64,000 bases of DNA from assembly GCA_016748015.1 (NCBI GenBank), contig JAAOMT010000571.1, positions 470,582 to 534,581 on the forward strand, given 5' to 3'. This DNA is from Geosiphon pyriformis uo1 (lineage: Eukaryota; Fungi; Glomeromycota). Position numbers and translations under genes: made by a program. The notes beneath the pieces are model-generated. The model saw nothing but the letters and a program-made list of their open reading frames with translations, had not been told where the DNA came from and searched no databases. The stretch's first letter is position 1. Each line of letters starts with the position of its first letter. Positions 1-13,592 of the stretch are shown piece by piece.

Positions 1-275
1 CATTCGTTTAAACCCTTGCTCCGAAACTTGTTCCTTCATACTTTTTCCACAGTTCAAAAATTTTTAAGAAATTTCATTTCAAGAATCTCGTGGTTTTATT
101 TGATATTGAGGTAAAGATCCGGCTGATCTGCACATTTTTGCGCTTTTTGGTATATTGTGAGACGTGACTTATTAAATTTCTCCAGTTCCTAATCTCAACT
201 TCATTCTCAAAAGCAGTTTGAAATAAGTCGATTTTCTCCCTACCTGCTGAATCAAAAAATTCATACACCAGAAAC

Positions 276-2870
276 ATGTTAGATCTCTTCACCATTTTCA
301 CCAAGGGCGGAATTGTTCTTTGGTCGAAAACCTTCGCCCGTGTTACAAACTCCCCGGTAGACGCTTTGATCAAAGAAGTATTGATTGAGGAAAGAGCTGG
401 AGCAAAAACATTTACAAAGGAATCCTTCAATTTGAAGTGGGTTTTTGCAAATGAACTCGATTTAATTTTTGTGGTTAGTAGAAACTTAAAAGCAAAAGGC
501 TGATAGGTTAGGATTTACTTTTTCGTTGCTCATTGACTCGGCTACATTCTTTTACAGGTTGCCTATCAAAAAATACTTCAACTTGCTTACATCGACGAAT
601 TACTTGCAACAGTGAAGAAGCTTTTTTGCGATAAATTCTTGAAAATAGTAAGAGATACCGAAAAGTTGCACTTGTTCCCATTTGACGATGATTTTGACAT
701 GATTTTGAAAAATTTTGAAGATAAGGGAGTAGAGGTATTTTGTAAATTCAAATTTTCTATAGGAATTTGTCTAGAGAAATAGCAACCGAATTTTTAAAAT
801 AACTGCCAGGATACTTTCACTACTATCATTTTATTTAGCACAGGAGATCGGCACCGCGAAAGTTTGAAGAAACCAAAAAATTTAAAGCAACTGTTGAAGG
901 ATCGAAAAAATTAGGTTAGTAGATTAGCCTTTCGTATTATTTTGCCTGTCATCTTTTTGTTCATGCTTTTCCATATCTAGAAGCCAAAGATATCGCGGAG
1001 CAATCAAATGTCCCTTCATTTGATGATGAAAAAATTGCGCGTAATCTAGAAGCTTTGAGAAACCGCCGTGGAGGTAAAATTTCCCCAATTCGTGGTGGTC
1101 GCGTTAAAGCAGGAGGAGGAGTTAAATCTAATGATACTCGAGAAGTTTCCAAGTAAGTTTCAAAAATTAGCAAAAAATTAGCAAAAAATTAATTTTTTTT
1201 TATTCTTTTATAGCGAAAAAAAACAAGCAAAGAAAAAAGAAATGCGAAAATGGAATGGTGATCTAACAAAAGATGAACAGGAAAGTTTGGATTACAGCAA
1301 TAGTGGCTATGAAAATGACTATGATAATACACCCCTAGTGACACCACAACATTTAGTAGATACAGCTCATTTGGGTCATCGTAATGGTGATGGTCATTAC
1401 GAAGTTCAAGATTTGGGGGAGGAAGGCAATGAAGAATATGAAGGAGAATATGATCAATCCCATTCGGATGTTGGTTCCAATCTAGCTACTAAGAAAAGTG
1501 AAAATGGAATATTTTCCTTTTTCAAAAGTATGACTGGTCAAAAAGAGCTTACTCAACAGGACCTTGATCCTGTGCTGGCTAAAATGAGAGAGCATTTAAT
1601 TCAGAAAAACGTTGCCTCTGATATCGCCACTCATTTGTGTGATTCCGTAGCGAGAAATATAGTCGGGCAAAAACTGGGCAGTTTTAAGAGTAGGTTTGAG
1701 CCAGTATTGGGATTTTTGCTTTAAAAATCGTAAAGCATCATATATTCTTTCTTTTCTAGGCATACAATATACAGTTAAACAAACCATGGAGGTTGCATTG
1801 AAACGAATTCTCACTCCAAAAACATCTATCGACTTGTTGCGTGATATCTCACAAGTTCAATCGGAATCTCGTCCATATACTATATGCTTCATCGGGGTGA
1901 ATGGAGTGGGCAAAGTGTGTCACAATGAATTCAATTCTACTTTGATTTACTCATAAAATATAATCTTTTGATCATCCAATTTTTCACCTGGATTTTCTCT
2001 TCTCTCCAGTCCACCAACCTGTCCAAAACCTGTTTTTGGCTTTTGCAGAACGGATTGAAAGTCTTGATTGCAGCATGCGATACTTTTCGATCAGGTGCGG
2101 TTGAGCAACTGAGAGTTCATGTGAGAAACTTGAATGCTTTAGGACAAAATTCCTCAGTAGAGCTTTATGAACGTGGTTATGGCAAAGATGCTGCGAGTAT
2201 TGCCAAGGATGCTATAAATTATGGTCTGTACATTTATGCTAAAGTGAAAACAGAATTTTGAGACAATATTTTTATATTAAAATTTCATTTTTATTATTAG
2301 CAAAAACAAATAAATTTGATGTAGTCCTGATTGATACCGCAGGCCGTATGCAAGATAACGAACCGCTGATGAGGGCATTATCAAAAGTGAATATATGTAT
2401 TTTTCACTGTTTTTTTAATATAAAACTTTCTTTCATTAATACCAAATTGAAAAAAAATTATTAAAAATAAATAACCAGCTAGTGTCGGTCAATAATCCCG
2501 ATAAAATTATATTTGTTGGCGAAGCATTGGTGGGAAACGAAGCGGTTGATCAGTTAACAAAATTTAATCAAGCCTTAAAAGACTTTTCAGGTCTTCAAAA
2601 TCCAAGGCACATTGATGGTATCATACTAACAAAGTTTGATACAATTGATGATAAGGTACACAAAATAATTTTCTATCTCTACTGGTGAAATGTAAAAGTT
2701 TTGAATTTTAATTTGCTGAATTTTCGTTTTTCAATTCCCAGGTAGGTGCTGCGTTGTCAATGGCATATACCACTGGTCAGCCTATTCTATTTGTTGGCAC
2801 TGGGCAAACATATACGGACCTTAAGAATATGCGTGTTTCTCATGTTGTCAATAATCTGCTTAAAGATTAA
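276..2870 (+). CDS. SRP101: Signal recognition particle receptor alpha subunit (10 exons: 276-473, 558-734, 839-914, 981-1152, 1214-1689, 1760-1914, 2010-2223, 2301-2386, 2479-2655, 2742-2870)
   Basis: N-terminal SRX domain [16 protein letters not shown]...[19 protein letters not shown] GTPase motifs GVNGVGK|[29 protein letters not shown] and GTGQTY are joined in frame across GT-AG introns. Confidence 0.96.
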
Positions 2871-3146
2871 AGGCGGGAATCTGAATTTTCTTATTTAGTA
2901 TTTAATTCCAATTTATGAGAGTTTTGATTTATGGTGTCATAGGTGTGTTGGGATTCGTCAGTAATGTGATCTTCAAAGTTATTCATAAATAGGCAGATAG
3001 CCACTTGGTTTACGATCAACCAACTTTATTTAAATTAATAGCTATTTACATGAGTGAAAATTTTTTTTTTACCTCGAACTATTAAAACTATTATAATCTG
3101 GTGTAGCTCATTCGGATAACCGTATTCTACTCTCTTCACAGAAACT

Positions 3147-4862
3147 ATGGCAGATTCAGGTTCGTACTTGAATATAGTATTTTGACCAAAAGATCGCTCA
3201 AAGTGCCCTATCTACACCCAGATCTATGAAAAAAAACTTTAGTATAGCGTTGAAATCCTCTTGGAATCAATAGAATGCTTCAATTATTTCCTAAGCTCCT
3301 ATATAGAAAGCATACTTTCCCTAACTAGTTGAATTCTTACTTGAAGGCATTCCTTTTATAAACACTCCCTTGGCTTCTCTTCTACAAGGAAAACTTACAT
3401 CCCTACTTGGCAAAACATCCGGATATATTGAAAACCTGCCAGAAGACGTGAAGCGGCGTGTTCATGGCCTTAAACATCATCAATCTGAACATGCAAAGTT
3501 AGAAGCAAGATTTCAGGAAGAAATTCTCACTCTCGAAAAGAAGTATCTTGAGTTATATAAGCCTTTGTATGAAAAGCGGGCGAAAATAGTACGTGGGGAG
3601 CTTGAACCTACAGATGAGGAAGTAAAGGTTGGGGAGACCTTAGACGAAGAAGAAACATCACACTCAGAAATTGGAAAACCGGATGTGGTAGCTGAAAAGG
3701 AAAGAATAACGGAGATAATGTCCGGTCCGCAGAAGGGCATACCAGAATTTTGGTTGACTTCAATGAAAAATCTTATCACAATCGCAGAAATGATAACGGA
3801 GCGAGATGAAGAAGCTCTCAAATATCTAATTGATATACGCATGTCATATCTAGAAAAACCTGGTTTTCGTCTTGAATTCGAGTTCGAAGAAAATCCGTTT
3901 TTTACAAATAAGATCCTAGTTAAAACATATTATTATCAAGAAGAACCAGGATACGGCGGGGATTTTGTGTATGATTATGCCAAAGGTACTGAAATAGAAT
4001 GGAAAGATGGTAAAGATCTTACAGTTACTATCGAGACAAGAAAACAAAAACACAAAGGTATGAATGAAATTTCTAGTACAATTATTTTAGAGGAGAATGT
4101 AGAATTTTCTTTATTCTCTAGGTACCAATAAGACGCGCGTGGTAAAGACTACAGTGCCTGCCGAGACGTTTTTCCAGTTCTTTAATCCACCAGCAGTACC
4201 TGAAAACGATGAGAATGAAGATGATGACGAACATCTTGATGAACGTTTAGAGCTTGATTATCAAATTGGGGAAGATATCAAAGAGAAGCTTATCCCGCGT
4301 GCTATCGATTGGTATACTGGTAAGGCATTAAAATATGAAGAAATTGAGGAAGTAGAGGACTTTGAAGAAGGCTTCTTTGTTGGAGATGATGATGAGGACG
4401 ACGATGACGATGATGATGATGACGACGATGACGAAGAAGACGTAAGTAATTATTTTCTTCAAACTATTTTTAATTTATTCTACATTTCGAAAAATTTTAT
4501 CGAGATCCCTTATTAAGAAATTGGACAATACCCTGATCAAAAGGTTTTAGTTATATATTAAAAACCAATTGGGAGGGTGACTTTAAGTGAACATAACCTT
4601 TTAATTATTAAACACTAAATATTGGCTGAACCCTTGTTTTTACCTATTCCATTCTTTCTATTACTACTCGTCTCTATTTTAAGTGTTTGTTCAATTCGAC
4701 ATAATCTTTATATTAATCTTTTTCATATTATCTACTTGCAGCAGGATGCAGCGAACAGAAATCCAGGTAAAATAATAGTTTTACCACAGGTTGAATTTAA
4801 TAAATTCTTTAACTTTTACATTCTTATTTTCGCTAGACCAACCTGAATGCAAGCAGCAATGA
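3147..4862 (+). CDS. NAP1: Nucleosome assembly protein 1 (exons 3147-3159, 3347-4057, 4122-4441, 4742-4766, 4837-4862)
   Basis: NAP family motifs [34 protein letters not shown] and [11 protein letters not shown], plus an acidic tail. The spliced C-terminus reads DQPECKQQ*. The first micro-exon is less certain. Confidence 0.93.
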
Positions 4863-5489
4863 TCAATCTTCGAAAGTATAGTGCCCAAAAAGGTATTGAA
4901 AGACGACGTCTAAGAGTACATGAATTACCAACAAAATTTCCTAAAGGATACTAGGAGAGGCGTATCATGTTGGTAGCTTTTAAAGAATAAGAAGGGGATC
5001 ATATTTTTATTCAAGTTATCATTAAACTTTATTATTGAGTTGATTCCTTGCGAGATTTTTAGGATTCCTGAAATTCTATTTTTTTAAAATTTGATATAAT
5101 ATAAAAAATATGAGTATAGTTAATATAATCACAATTACCAGTTGAATAGTAAGTTTAGTTCCTTTTGATTAATAGTTTTGAAAGGAATTTTTCCGTTGAA
5201 CATATTCCATTTCTTTTTTACGTAACTCATTGCAGAGTTTTAGGTCTTTCATAGAGGATAATTTAAGTTCAACAACAGAGACTCACATTTCTTGGGCCGT
5301 CAATAATTGCACTCAATTTTTTATTGGTTGTAAAAAATAATTTTAATTGAATTTTTAAATTTGATTTATATGTATATATATATATATATATAATTTAGTG
5401 TTAAAAATAATCAATTATGTTAATATTTATTTTTAATTATACAATATACATGAATAAATTTCGATTACAATTTTATTTAATTATTTTTA

Positions 5490-5520
<31 letters not shown>

Positions 5521-5927
5521 TAATTTATTTTATGAAGAAATTATTTACTAATCGTAACCAAATTATAGCTGTTTTTTATTAAAGCTTAAACTTGAAATTA
5601 TTTTATCGGAAAATACGATTGATATTTATGACAGCTTATAACAAGAATTGGTGAATAATAAAATTTTTGATCTATATCAAGTCATAATTAAAAATGTGAA
5701 TAATAAAAATACATTGATAGTGTTTTTTTAAATGTTTTACAATATATAATATTAAATAAAAAATAAAAAATCCTTTTTAAGGTGCAAAAAATATATATAT
5801 AAATGCGAAACTTTTTATTATCATTTTTTGTTTTTTTAGTTGAAGTTTTTTCAAAAAAAAGATTTAAAATCAAAATAAATTTCACAGAATAACACAATTT
5901 TTCAAGAATTCCTGAAGGTCTTTTCTC

Positions 5928-6030
5928 ATTCGTTTTAGTTTACCAATTCATTTTAGTTTTCCCATTAGTTTTAGTTTACCAATTCGTTTAGTTTATCCAT
6001 TGATTTTAGTTTTCCCATTCGTTTTAGTTT
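5928..6030. repeat. About 6 copies of an 18-bp tandem repeat (ATTCGTTTTAGTTTACCA-like)
   Basis: Read directly from the sequence. Confidence 0.8.
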
Positions 6031-6204
6031 AGTTTTTAATCACTAAAAAATTATTATAAAAAAAATTATCTGCATATCTGCGCTTCTCAAAAAGTTTGCT
6101 GCTTGCCCTACAAAGATTTTTAATCTTTGACTATTTAATAGATTCGAAATATCATGGTAATGAAAAGGTTTTTCACAACGATTTTATACAATAATTCTGA
6201 TCCA

Positions 6205-6362
6205 TGGTAAAATAAGTAAAATAAAATAAGCAAAATAAAATAAGTAAAATAAAATAAAATAAGTAAAATAAAATAAAATAAGTAAATAAAATAAAATAAG
6301 TAAAATAAAATAAAATAAGTAAAATAAAATAAAATAAGTAAATAAAATAAAATAAAATAAAC
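6205..6362. repeat. AAAAT/AAGT compound microsatellite
   Basis: Repeated AAAATAAGTAAAAT units. Confidence 0.9.
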
Positions 6363-7188
6363 AATTTTATGTCATTGATAATTTTTGGGATTTATTTGTA
6401 CATTGTTTTTTTAACGGTCGTTCAGATTTTTGATAACTTTCAAACTATTAACATGTACATGTAAATGTAAATTTTTAAATAAGTTTTTATCAATGAAATT
6501 AAGTCAAAAAATTAGTGCATTGTTTAAATCTTTATTTCATACATCAAATCTTTTATTAGGCCAGATCACGAAGAAAAATCAAATTAATCAGAAATGAAGA
6601 TAATACTTCAATTGATTTAAAAATGATAGATTATAATCAAAAATTATAATAAAAAATAAAGATTAATTGCGACACATTTAAAGTAAAAAAGCACAAATAA
6701 TAATATAAAAATTTGGAAATTTCTAAACAAAAAACATCATATATTTTAATTTGCAAAAAAAAAACAATGATCAAGTAAAATTTTACACATTATGAGAAAT
6801 CAATAATAAAAAAAACTTAAAATTTAATCTGTTTTCACATATAAATTCATGATCAAATATTACTGTAATTGTAATTGGTATTTTTGGTTATCTCTAGTAT
6901 TTAGACCATTCTGTACACATTTTTTATGTAACACTAAATAGATTATAATTTCATGACATATATTACTTGAATCGGATTTATGCAATATATGCGAGTGCTA
7001 TTCATTTTCCTGAAAACCCTTTGGTCAATCAAGGCAAAAGATGAAGTTAATGAGATAAATAAAATACAATTGGTCTAAATGCTTACTGCATTCATAATAA
7101 ATAAAGCCAACTGGAAGTTGCCATGAAAATTTTTGACAGAATGTTCGTTATTGTTACAGGTTATTCTTGATCAGGATTAAAATATACA

Positions 7189-7988
7189 TCAATCGGATGA
7201 TGTAGGTATGACACTGTTTTATTTATTGTCGGTTAACTTGTATTACAATAAAATCAGCAAAATTCCGCAAAACCCAATTGCATATACCTGGATTTCTTAA
7301 TTCTTGTTAGTAAAAGTAATGATTCCAATTGCCAATCTTTATTACAGCCAATTAGTTCGGCAAACCTCATACAATCATCAAAATCTTCGGGGTTCAATGG
7401 GATCCCACGTTCACCACAAATCATCGTTTTATCTTTACCTTCTTCCGCAAGCCATTTGGTCAATACTCTTCGAAAAGATTCCACGGTTACTGGACGATCA
7501 TTAGGTATCCTTGGAAAGTAGGCCTTTTTCAATTCCTCCGGCGTCTGATCACTATACGGCATTTGCTTGGACAAGAGCCGTACCATTTCGCTCTCAACCG
7601 ATCCTAACGCTACGAAAATTTGATCAAATTTCGAAGCCCACCGGATTGGTTCGACGAAAATGTATGAGATTCGGATGACATTTGTGACGTATTTGGTGAC
7701 CCAAATCCATATATCCAATTCTTCGGGGGTCCAAGTATGAGATCGGATACGAAGATCGTCATAGAGCATATGAATCAAATCTTTCCAGAGTTCATGAAGA
7801 TCGAAGCAAACATCGTGAATTTTTGTAATACTTGATGATAAATCCCGAGTTTTGCCGGATCGGAAGGTTTGGTCTTGTGATCTAATAAGTTTTTTGAAGC
7901 TTAGGGCATGCTTTATGAGTATTGAACAAAGTTGGGCACGGCAATCCTGCTCTCCCGTTTGTGATATTGTGTGTGTTTCATTCTTCAT
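7189..7988 (-). CDS. Orphan protein of about 242 aa, possibly HD1-like (degenerate TALE homeodomain at the C-terminus). Probable intron 7287-7214 with a short last exon SVIPTSSD*
   Basis: Long GC-normal ORF in AT-rich flanks. AG|GTATAT donor and ACAG acceptor. The segment FRRVLTKWLAEE...PLNPEDFDDCMRFAELIGCNKDWQLESLLLLTRIKK loosely follows the TALE helix pattern but lacks WFxN. The gene is likely real; its identity is speculative. Confidence 0.6.
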
Positions 7989-9304
7989 TGTTTTTAGTTT
8001 TTATATTATTATTATTATTGTTATTAGAGTCCTAAAATAAATCACTTTGTTGAAAATTCCACCTGAAAAAAGGGGGGTGTTGGTGAACTTGTTGAAATAG
8101 AAAAAGATTATATATGATACTGGGTTTCTATTATCTCACTTCAAGAGGAGGTTAACAAGTGAGATATAATTTTGTTAAAGGTCAAACCAAAGTCGGTTTA
8201 ACGATTATTGTAAGAAGAGCTTTTCGGTAGCTGTAACTACTACTGAAACGAAACTTTCAAAGAAGCAACAGTTTTTATTTTATTTTATTTTATTTTATTT
8301 TATTTTATTTTTTAAAAAAAAAGAAATTGGTTTTCTGAAGGATATTAGAATAAAAAATGATGATATCATGAGAAATTCCTTTTATCATGATATATAAAAG
8401 ATGATTTCGTTTGATAGATTTATTTTAACAATTTAACTTGTAAAATGATCAGTAAATTTTTTGATGTAAAAGAAATACTTTAAACTTTCTTTTAAATTTT
8501 GATCAATAAATTAATCAGCATTTTCTACAAAGATTTTTAAAAAGTCATCAGACTCAATCTATTTTGAGGATCGTGTTTTTTGGTTGTAAAAAAAATATTT
8601 TTTGCATAAATAAATTTAACACATTTAAAAATTATTGATTAAAAGATTATTTAATATAATTATTATTATTATTATTATTATTTAATATGATTATTATTAT
8701 TATTTATTATTTATTATGATTATTATTATTTATTATTTATTATTATTATTATTGGTATCAGCTTTATAAACAAAAATATTTATTCAAGTTTCATTTTTTT
8801 TATTTTTAAACAATATATTTTTTGAGAGTGATAACTAAAAATAAATAAATAAATAATTTAAATACATATAATTTATTAATCATATTAATTAATAAATAAT
8901 AATAATAATAATAAATTTATTTATTTATTTATTTTGAAAAAAATTTTTTTTTTTTGGTATTGTCTTGTTATAAATTTTATTAAGTCTCTTATAACGGAAT
9001 TTGAAACATTTATTTATTTATTTTCCTTTTTTTTTTATTCATGAAATGTGTTTTTAATTTATTGACTGACATTTTTTTTTAACTATATTTTACAAAATAT
9101 ATTTCAAATTAATTTAAAATTGGAATTATTAAATAGTCAATTAATACTTTTAGGATATATTGGCTTTGAAAAATTATATATTTTTTATATGTTTTAAAAA
9201 ATGTAAAAAGTTTGTTTATAAATTAATAAAAATAAAATATAAAAATTTTTAATAAAATTTTTAATTAATTTTATCCATCTTTTTATTTAAAAATATAATC
9301 CAAT

Positions 9305-9500
9305 GAAGAGCGTTGACAAGCTGGGTGTGGAAATAGTGGAAGAATGTGCTCTGTGTTTGGGCCGATTCCGCTTTTTATGGGTGTCGCGTGTAGACTCAGT
9401 TTGTAGTAGGATTTTTGCTAACGTAATATAGTGTAGTCTTGATTGGCTCCGGTATTTGGTCACGTGTAGAAAGTGTGTGAGCCGCGTTTATGATAGAACA
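9305..9500. promoter_or_regulatory. GC/CpG-retaining island with CCAAT (reverse), CACGTG and CGCGT motifs inside the divergent intergenic region
   Basis: Abrupt GC-rich patch in very AT-rich DNA, containing GATTGG, GTCACGTG and two CGCGT. Confidence 0.4.
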
Positions 9501-9930
9501 TGTATATGTTTTATGTAAATAAATAGTGGTTGGATTACACTTAATAAAGCAATAAAAAATACATTTATGTATAATAACAATTTTCTATTACGGAATAAAA
9601 TTATAAAGGAGTTTTAAAAATTCTTGATATGAAATTTTATTAAAAGTAATATAAACTGTTCAAATCTTGAATAATTAATAATATGTAATAATTGAAATCA
9701 AAATCATGATAAAACAAATCGTTTTTTTTTTTTTTTGAATAACGTGATAATATCTCAAGAAAAACTTGGATAAAAATTTAATTTTCCCATTTTTTAAAAG
9801 AAAATCAAAAATTACATCAACCAAATATAATATATAGTATCATAAAACACATTCAATCTAAGATCAGAAATAAGAAAATCAAAAGGGTTTTTACATTTCT
9901 GAAAAATAAGCTCCTCCTCTTCATTCCTTC

Positions 9931-10186
9931 CCTTCCTCTCTCCTCTCTTCCTATCTCCTCCCTTCCTCTCTCCTCTCTTCCTATCTCCTCCCTTCCTCTC
10001 TCCTCTCTTCCTATCTCCTCCCTTCCTCTCTCCTCTCTTCCTATCTCCTCCCTTCCTCTCTCCTTCTTTCCTATCTCCTCCCTTCCTCTCTCCTTCCTTC
10101 CTATCTCCTCCCTTCCTCTCTCCTTCCTTCCTATCTCCTCCCTTCCTCTCTCCTTCCTTCCTATCTCCTCCCTTCCTCTCTCCTCC
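9931..10186. repeat. 8.5 copies of a 30-bp polypyrimidine/polypurine minisatellite (CCTTCCTCTCTCCTYYYTTCCTATCTCCTC)
   Basis: Near-perfect units start every 30 bp from 9931, with only one purine per unit. Confidence 0.97.
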
Positions 10187-10712
10187 GATCAAGACTCAAA
10201 CTTTTTTCTTATCAAAACAAAAGTAAAAAAAAGCCACATAAAACTTATCAAATTCATGCACTGATTCCAAAAATTCTTGGACTTTTACTCTATTAAAGCC
10301 TTTTTTCAAAATTTGTAATCTGGAAACCAAAAAAAAGAATTAAAAGAGCCTATCAATCACGAAAAAATTCAATTCAAATATCCTAAGAGGAGAAAATATA
10401 TATATGTATATATGTTTTTATCGTGCTCATTTAAAAAACATTTCCGTGAGATAAATTTCTTTATTCTCTTAAAGATATATTTCCTGATATTTTGATTAAA
10501 AATTAGAATCGATATAGTCGGAACCTGATTTATATGTAACAATTAACCGTGAGACTCGGCTGGTTTTAGAAAACATTACGAATACTCAATAAAAAGATAA
10601 AGATGATATATAACGTGTCAAAGTAGAATGATAAATTAACTTGACAAAAATTTTTATAGGATTTCTCTTTCACTTGGTTTGACAATGAAAAGTTTTGATG
10701 ATTTTATTATTA

Positions 10713-10744
<32 letters not shown>

Positions 10745-11559
10745 TTTTTTTAATGATGAATATTTCGAAATTTTACATCATTTGTTTAATAATAAAATCT
10801 CATGTTTTTTTGTTTTTTGTAAATATCGAAACCATTTTGACCTAAATATTGGCACGAGACCAACATTCCAATCCTAGCATGAAAATTAAATAAATTTATC
10901 AAAAAATAATAAAAAAAATTTCAATTTTATTACTACTATATGTAATTCTAATGGTCACTGATTCAAAATAAAACCTAAATTCATGCAATATCATTTCATG
11001 CAATAATCATTTCTTGCAATATCATTTAATGCATCACTTTTTCAAAGCCCACTTGCGTAATTTGACTGATGTGAACCGACACACCAAAAAAAATAACGCC
11101 AAAAAAAATTGAGAGATAAAAACCGATTTAAATCAACGTTTAGATATTGTGTTTTGATGCATCTTTCATTTTTTTCTCTAGGGTTCCACCCAATTTGTTT
11201 TGTCTCCTTGTCATTGAAATCTGAAGGAGAAACGACTAAAGCTACTGATAAATGTAAGTCCAATCGTTTATCAGATAATTATCCCCCCCCCTCCCTCCCT
11301 CCCTGTCCCTCCTCACCTTCAATAAATCTCTCGCTTTTTTTTGCAGAAATTTTATCTAACACTCATACAATTTTCTTTCCTTTACCTTACTTTACCTTAC
11401 CTCATGTTTTTTCAAGTTTTATAAATTTTTAATTCTTTATAACAGTCTCATTCAATTTACAATCGCAAGCTTTTTTCTACGCCATACTATTTCTGCTGTA
11501 AATCAGACAACTAGGAAAACGCGTCATATTCGTTTTTGTTTTCTTTAGCAAGTTGGATC

Positions 11560-13592
11560 ATGATTGATACGAGAAATCAAACACAACCTCCGGTTCATTA
11601 TGCTAACAATTCTGATGATCAGCAAAATAGTTTTCGTCAACAGACTGTTGAACAACCAGGAGGTTTAGTCGAGTTTGAGGATGAAGAATATTTGGATATA
11701 GATGATACGGGTTCTTGTACCTCTCCCTCGCAAACCCATAATGATCTACATTTCTCTGGGCAATATTCTTTCAATGAATCAGCTTACTATCGTCAAGTTA
11801 AAAGAAGACGACGATTGAATGAAGAGGAAACAAAAGTTTTAATGGACGTGTTCAAATCAAACACTAAACCTGATCCGAATGCCCGTACACAATTGGCTCA
11901 AAGACTGAACATGTCCTCACGAGCCATTCAAGTTTGGTTTCAGAATCGACGTGCTAAAGTTAAACGAAATGCAAATGATACAAAGAATGCCCTCACTAAG
12001 CCTAACGGACCAAGAAAGTTGACCTTAATTACTGGCTATGTCGAACAAGAAGAAGATCAAAAAAGTACTATATTTTTGACTTCACCAACCACGTCAAATG
12101 TTTCATGTCCCGCTTCTTCATTTCCTGATTCTTTGGGACAATCGGCTCTTTGTCGTTCTTCCGCCACATCTTCACCAACTGGTTCAGGTTCATCAATTTC
12201 TAACGCGGTATTTTCATTGAATTTGGACAATAATGAAGTGCCCGGTAATGTATCTGAAATGCAAAGGATGCTCAATTGTCTCCCTAACGACAGCCACAAC
12301 CCTATTGCAGCGGTGAAACGAAATGAGGCCTTTCAAACTCTTAATCATCCTATGGACGGTTATCAAGTTAACAGATATCCCCCTTCCAATATGATCCCAA
12401 GTAATATCAATGATGCCTTGATCATCGCTGCAAACGATATTCAGGATACCAAGTTACCTTCATCACAAACTTCCTATTACCCGGAACAACAGCATAATAA
12501 CTCTATGATTGATAATCGAAATCGAATACCCGGTTTTAATTCTCGCGTGATTGATAATGGGCAAAGTAAATTTTCATCAAAGAGTAATAAACTTTTTTTT
12601 ATAAATTCCAACAACAAATGAAGCTAAAATAGTCTTTTTTTTATCCTCAAGTTATGAGCCAAAATGGATTCATTTATCAACCACCGTACTTATCTCCATC
12701 ACACGAAACTTCAAAATACTTTTCAGTGGAATTGGATGATCACGGCTTAAGTTCCGTCAATAATAATACGACTGATAACCTTTATCATCATTCTTCCTTT
12801 AACTTTTCTACGTCCTCCCCCGGATCGAACACGGATCTCCCGGCCAGTAATGGTCTAAAACCAGCATCCGAGGATTGCAAAAATACATGTGATATCTATA
12901 GTCAACATAATTCCGATACTATAATGGAGGGTAAATTTGATTCTGAAAAGTCTCAATTTCCTTCATCTTCAGGATTCTCTATTACCACACCCGTTTCTTG
13001 GCCATTGAATGATTCAAACGTTGATCACGAAGCATCTTTGTCAACTAATAATTTCGCTTTTCTCGATCAAATGCATCTTCATCACGAAATCAAAGATCAA
13101 AAACTTACCACAAATACTTTTGTTGATTACACAGATCAATTAAGACAGAACCAAAATCAGCTCAATGATACTGAAGTACTTTTATCGTCTGAGCTGCCAA
13201 TTATTCAGTACCATCCTCAAGTTTCTTGGTCTTCAATTGATCCACAATTTGAACAAAATTATCAAGGAAAACATCGAACAGAGCCTGATTTCGGAATTAA
13301 TTTCCGCAATCATCGTAATACGAGCAAATTTATCACGAATACTCTAAATTTATCATCCAATTCATCGAAAGTTTCGCAAACAACAGACGAGCAAGAAAAT
13401 CAAAATGACGAAAATTCATCTAATAGCAGGACACCTCTCAATCGTAATATCCCAAATAATATCGTCTTTAATACACAAACTTATACCTCCTGCGATAAAA
13501 TTTCACCTTTGAAAGATCAGGATTTCAATCAAGATGAGGAGGAGGCGGAGGCGGAGGAGGAGGAGGAGGAAGAGGAAGAGGAAGAAGAATAA
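11560..13592 (+). CDS. Homeodomain transcription factor (typical/HD2-class), about 648 aa, exons 11560-12565 and 12652-13592
   Basis: KRRRRLNEEETKVLMDVFKSNTKPDPNARTQLAQRLNMSSRAIQVWFQNRRAKVKR. A phase-1 GT-AG intron joins the two ORFs in frame. Long S/N/Q-rich tail ending in poly-E. Confidence 0.92.

Noticed and set aside
4442-4741. Possible intronic snoRNA in the long NAP1 intron
   Set aside because: No convincing C/D or H/ACA boxes with terminal stems seen.
9812-10192. 126-aa GERKGGDRK repeat ORF
   Set aside because: It is a translation of the stop-free purine strand of the minisatellite, with a non-ATG start.
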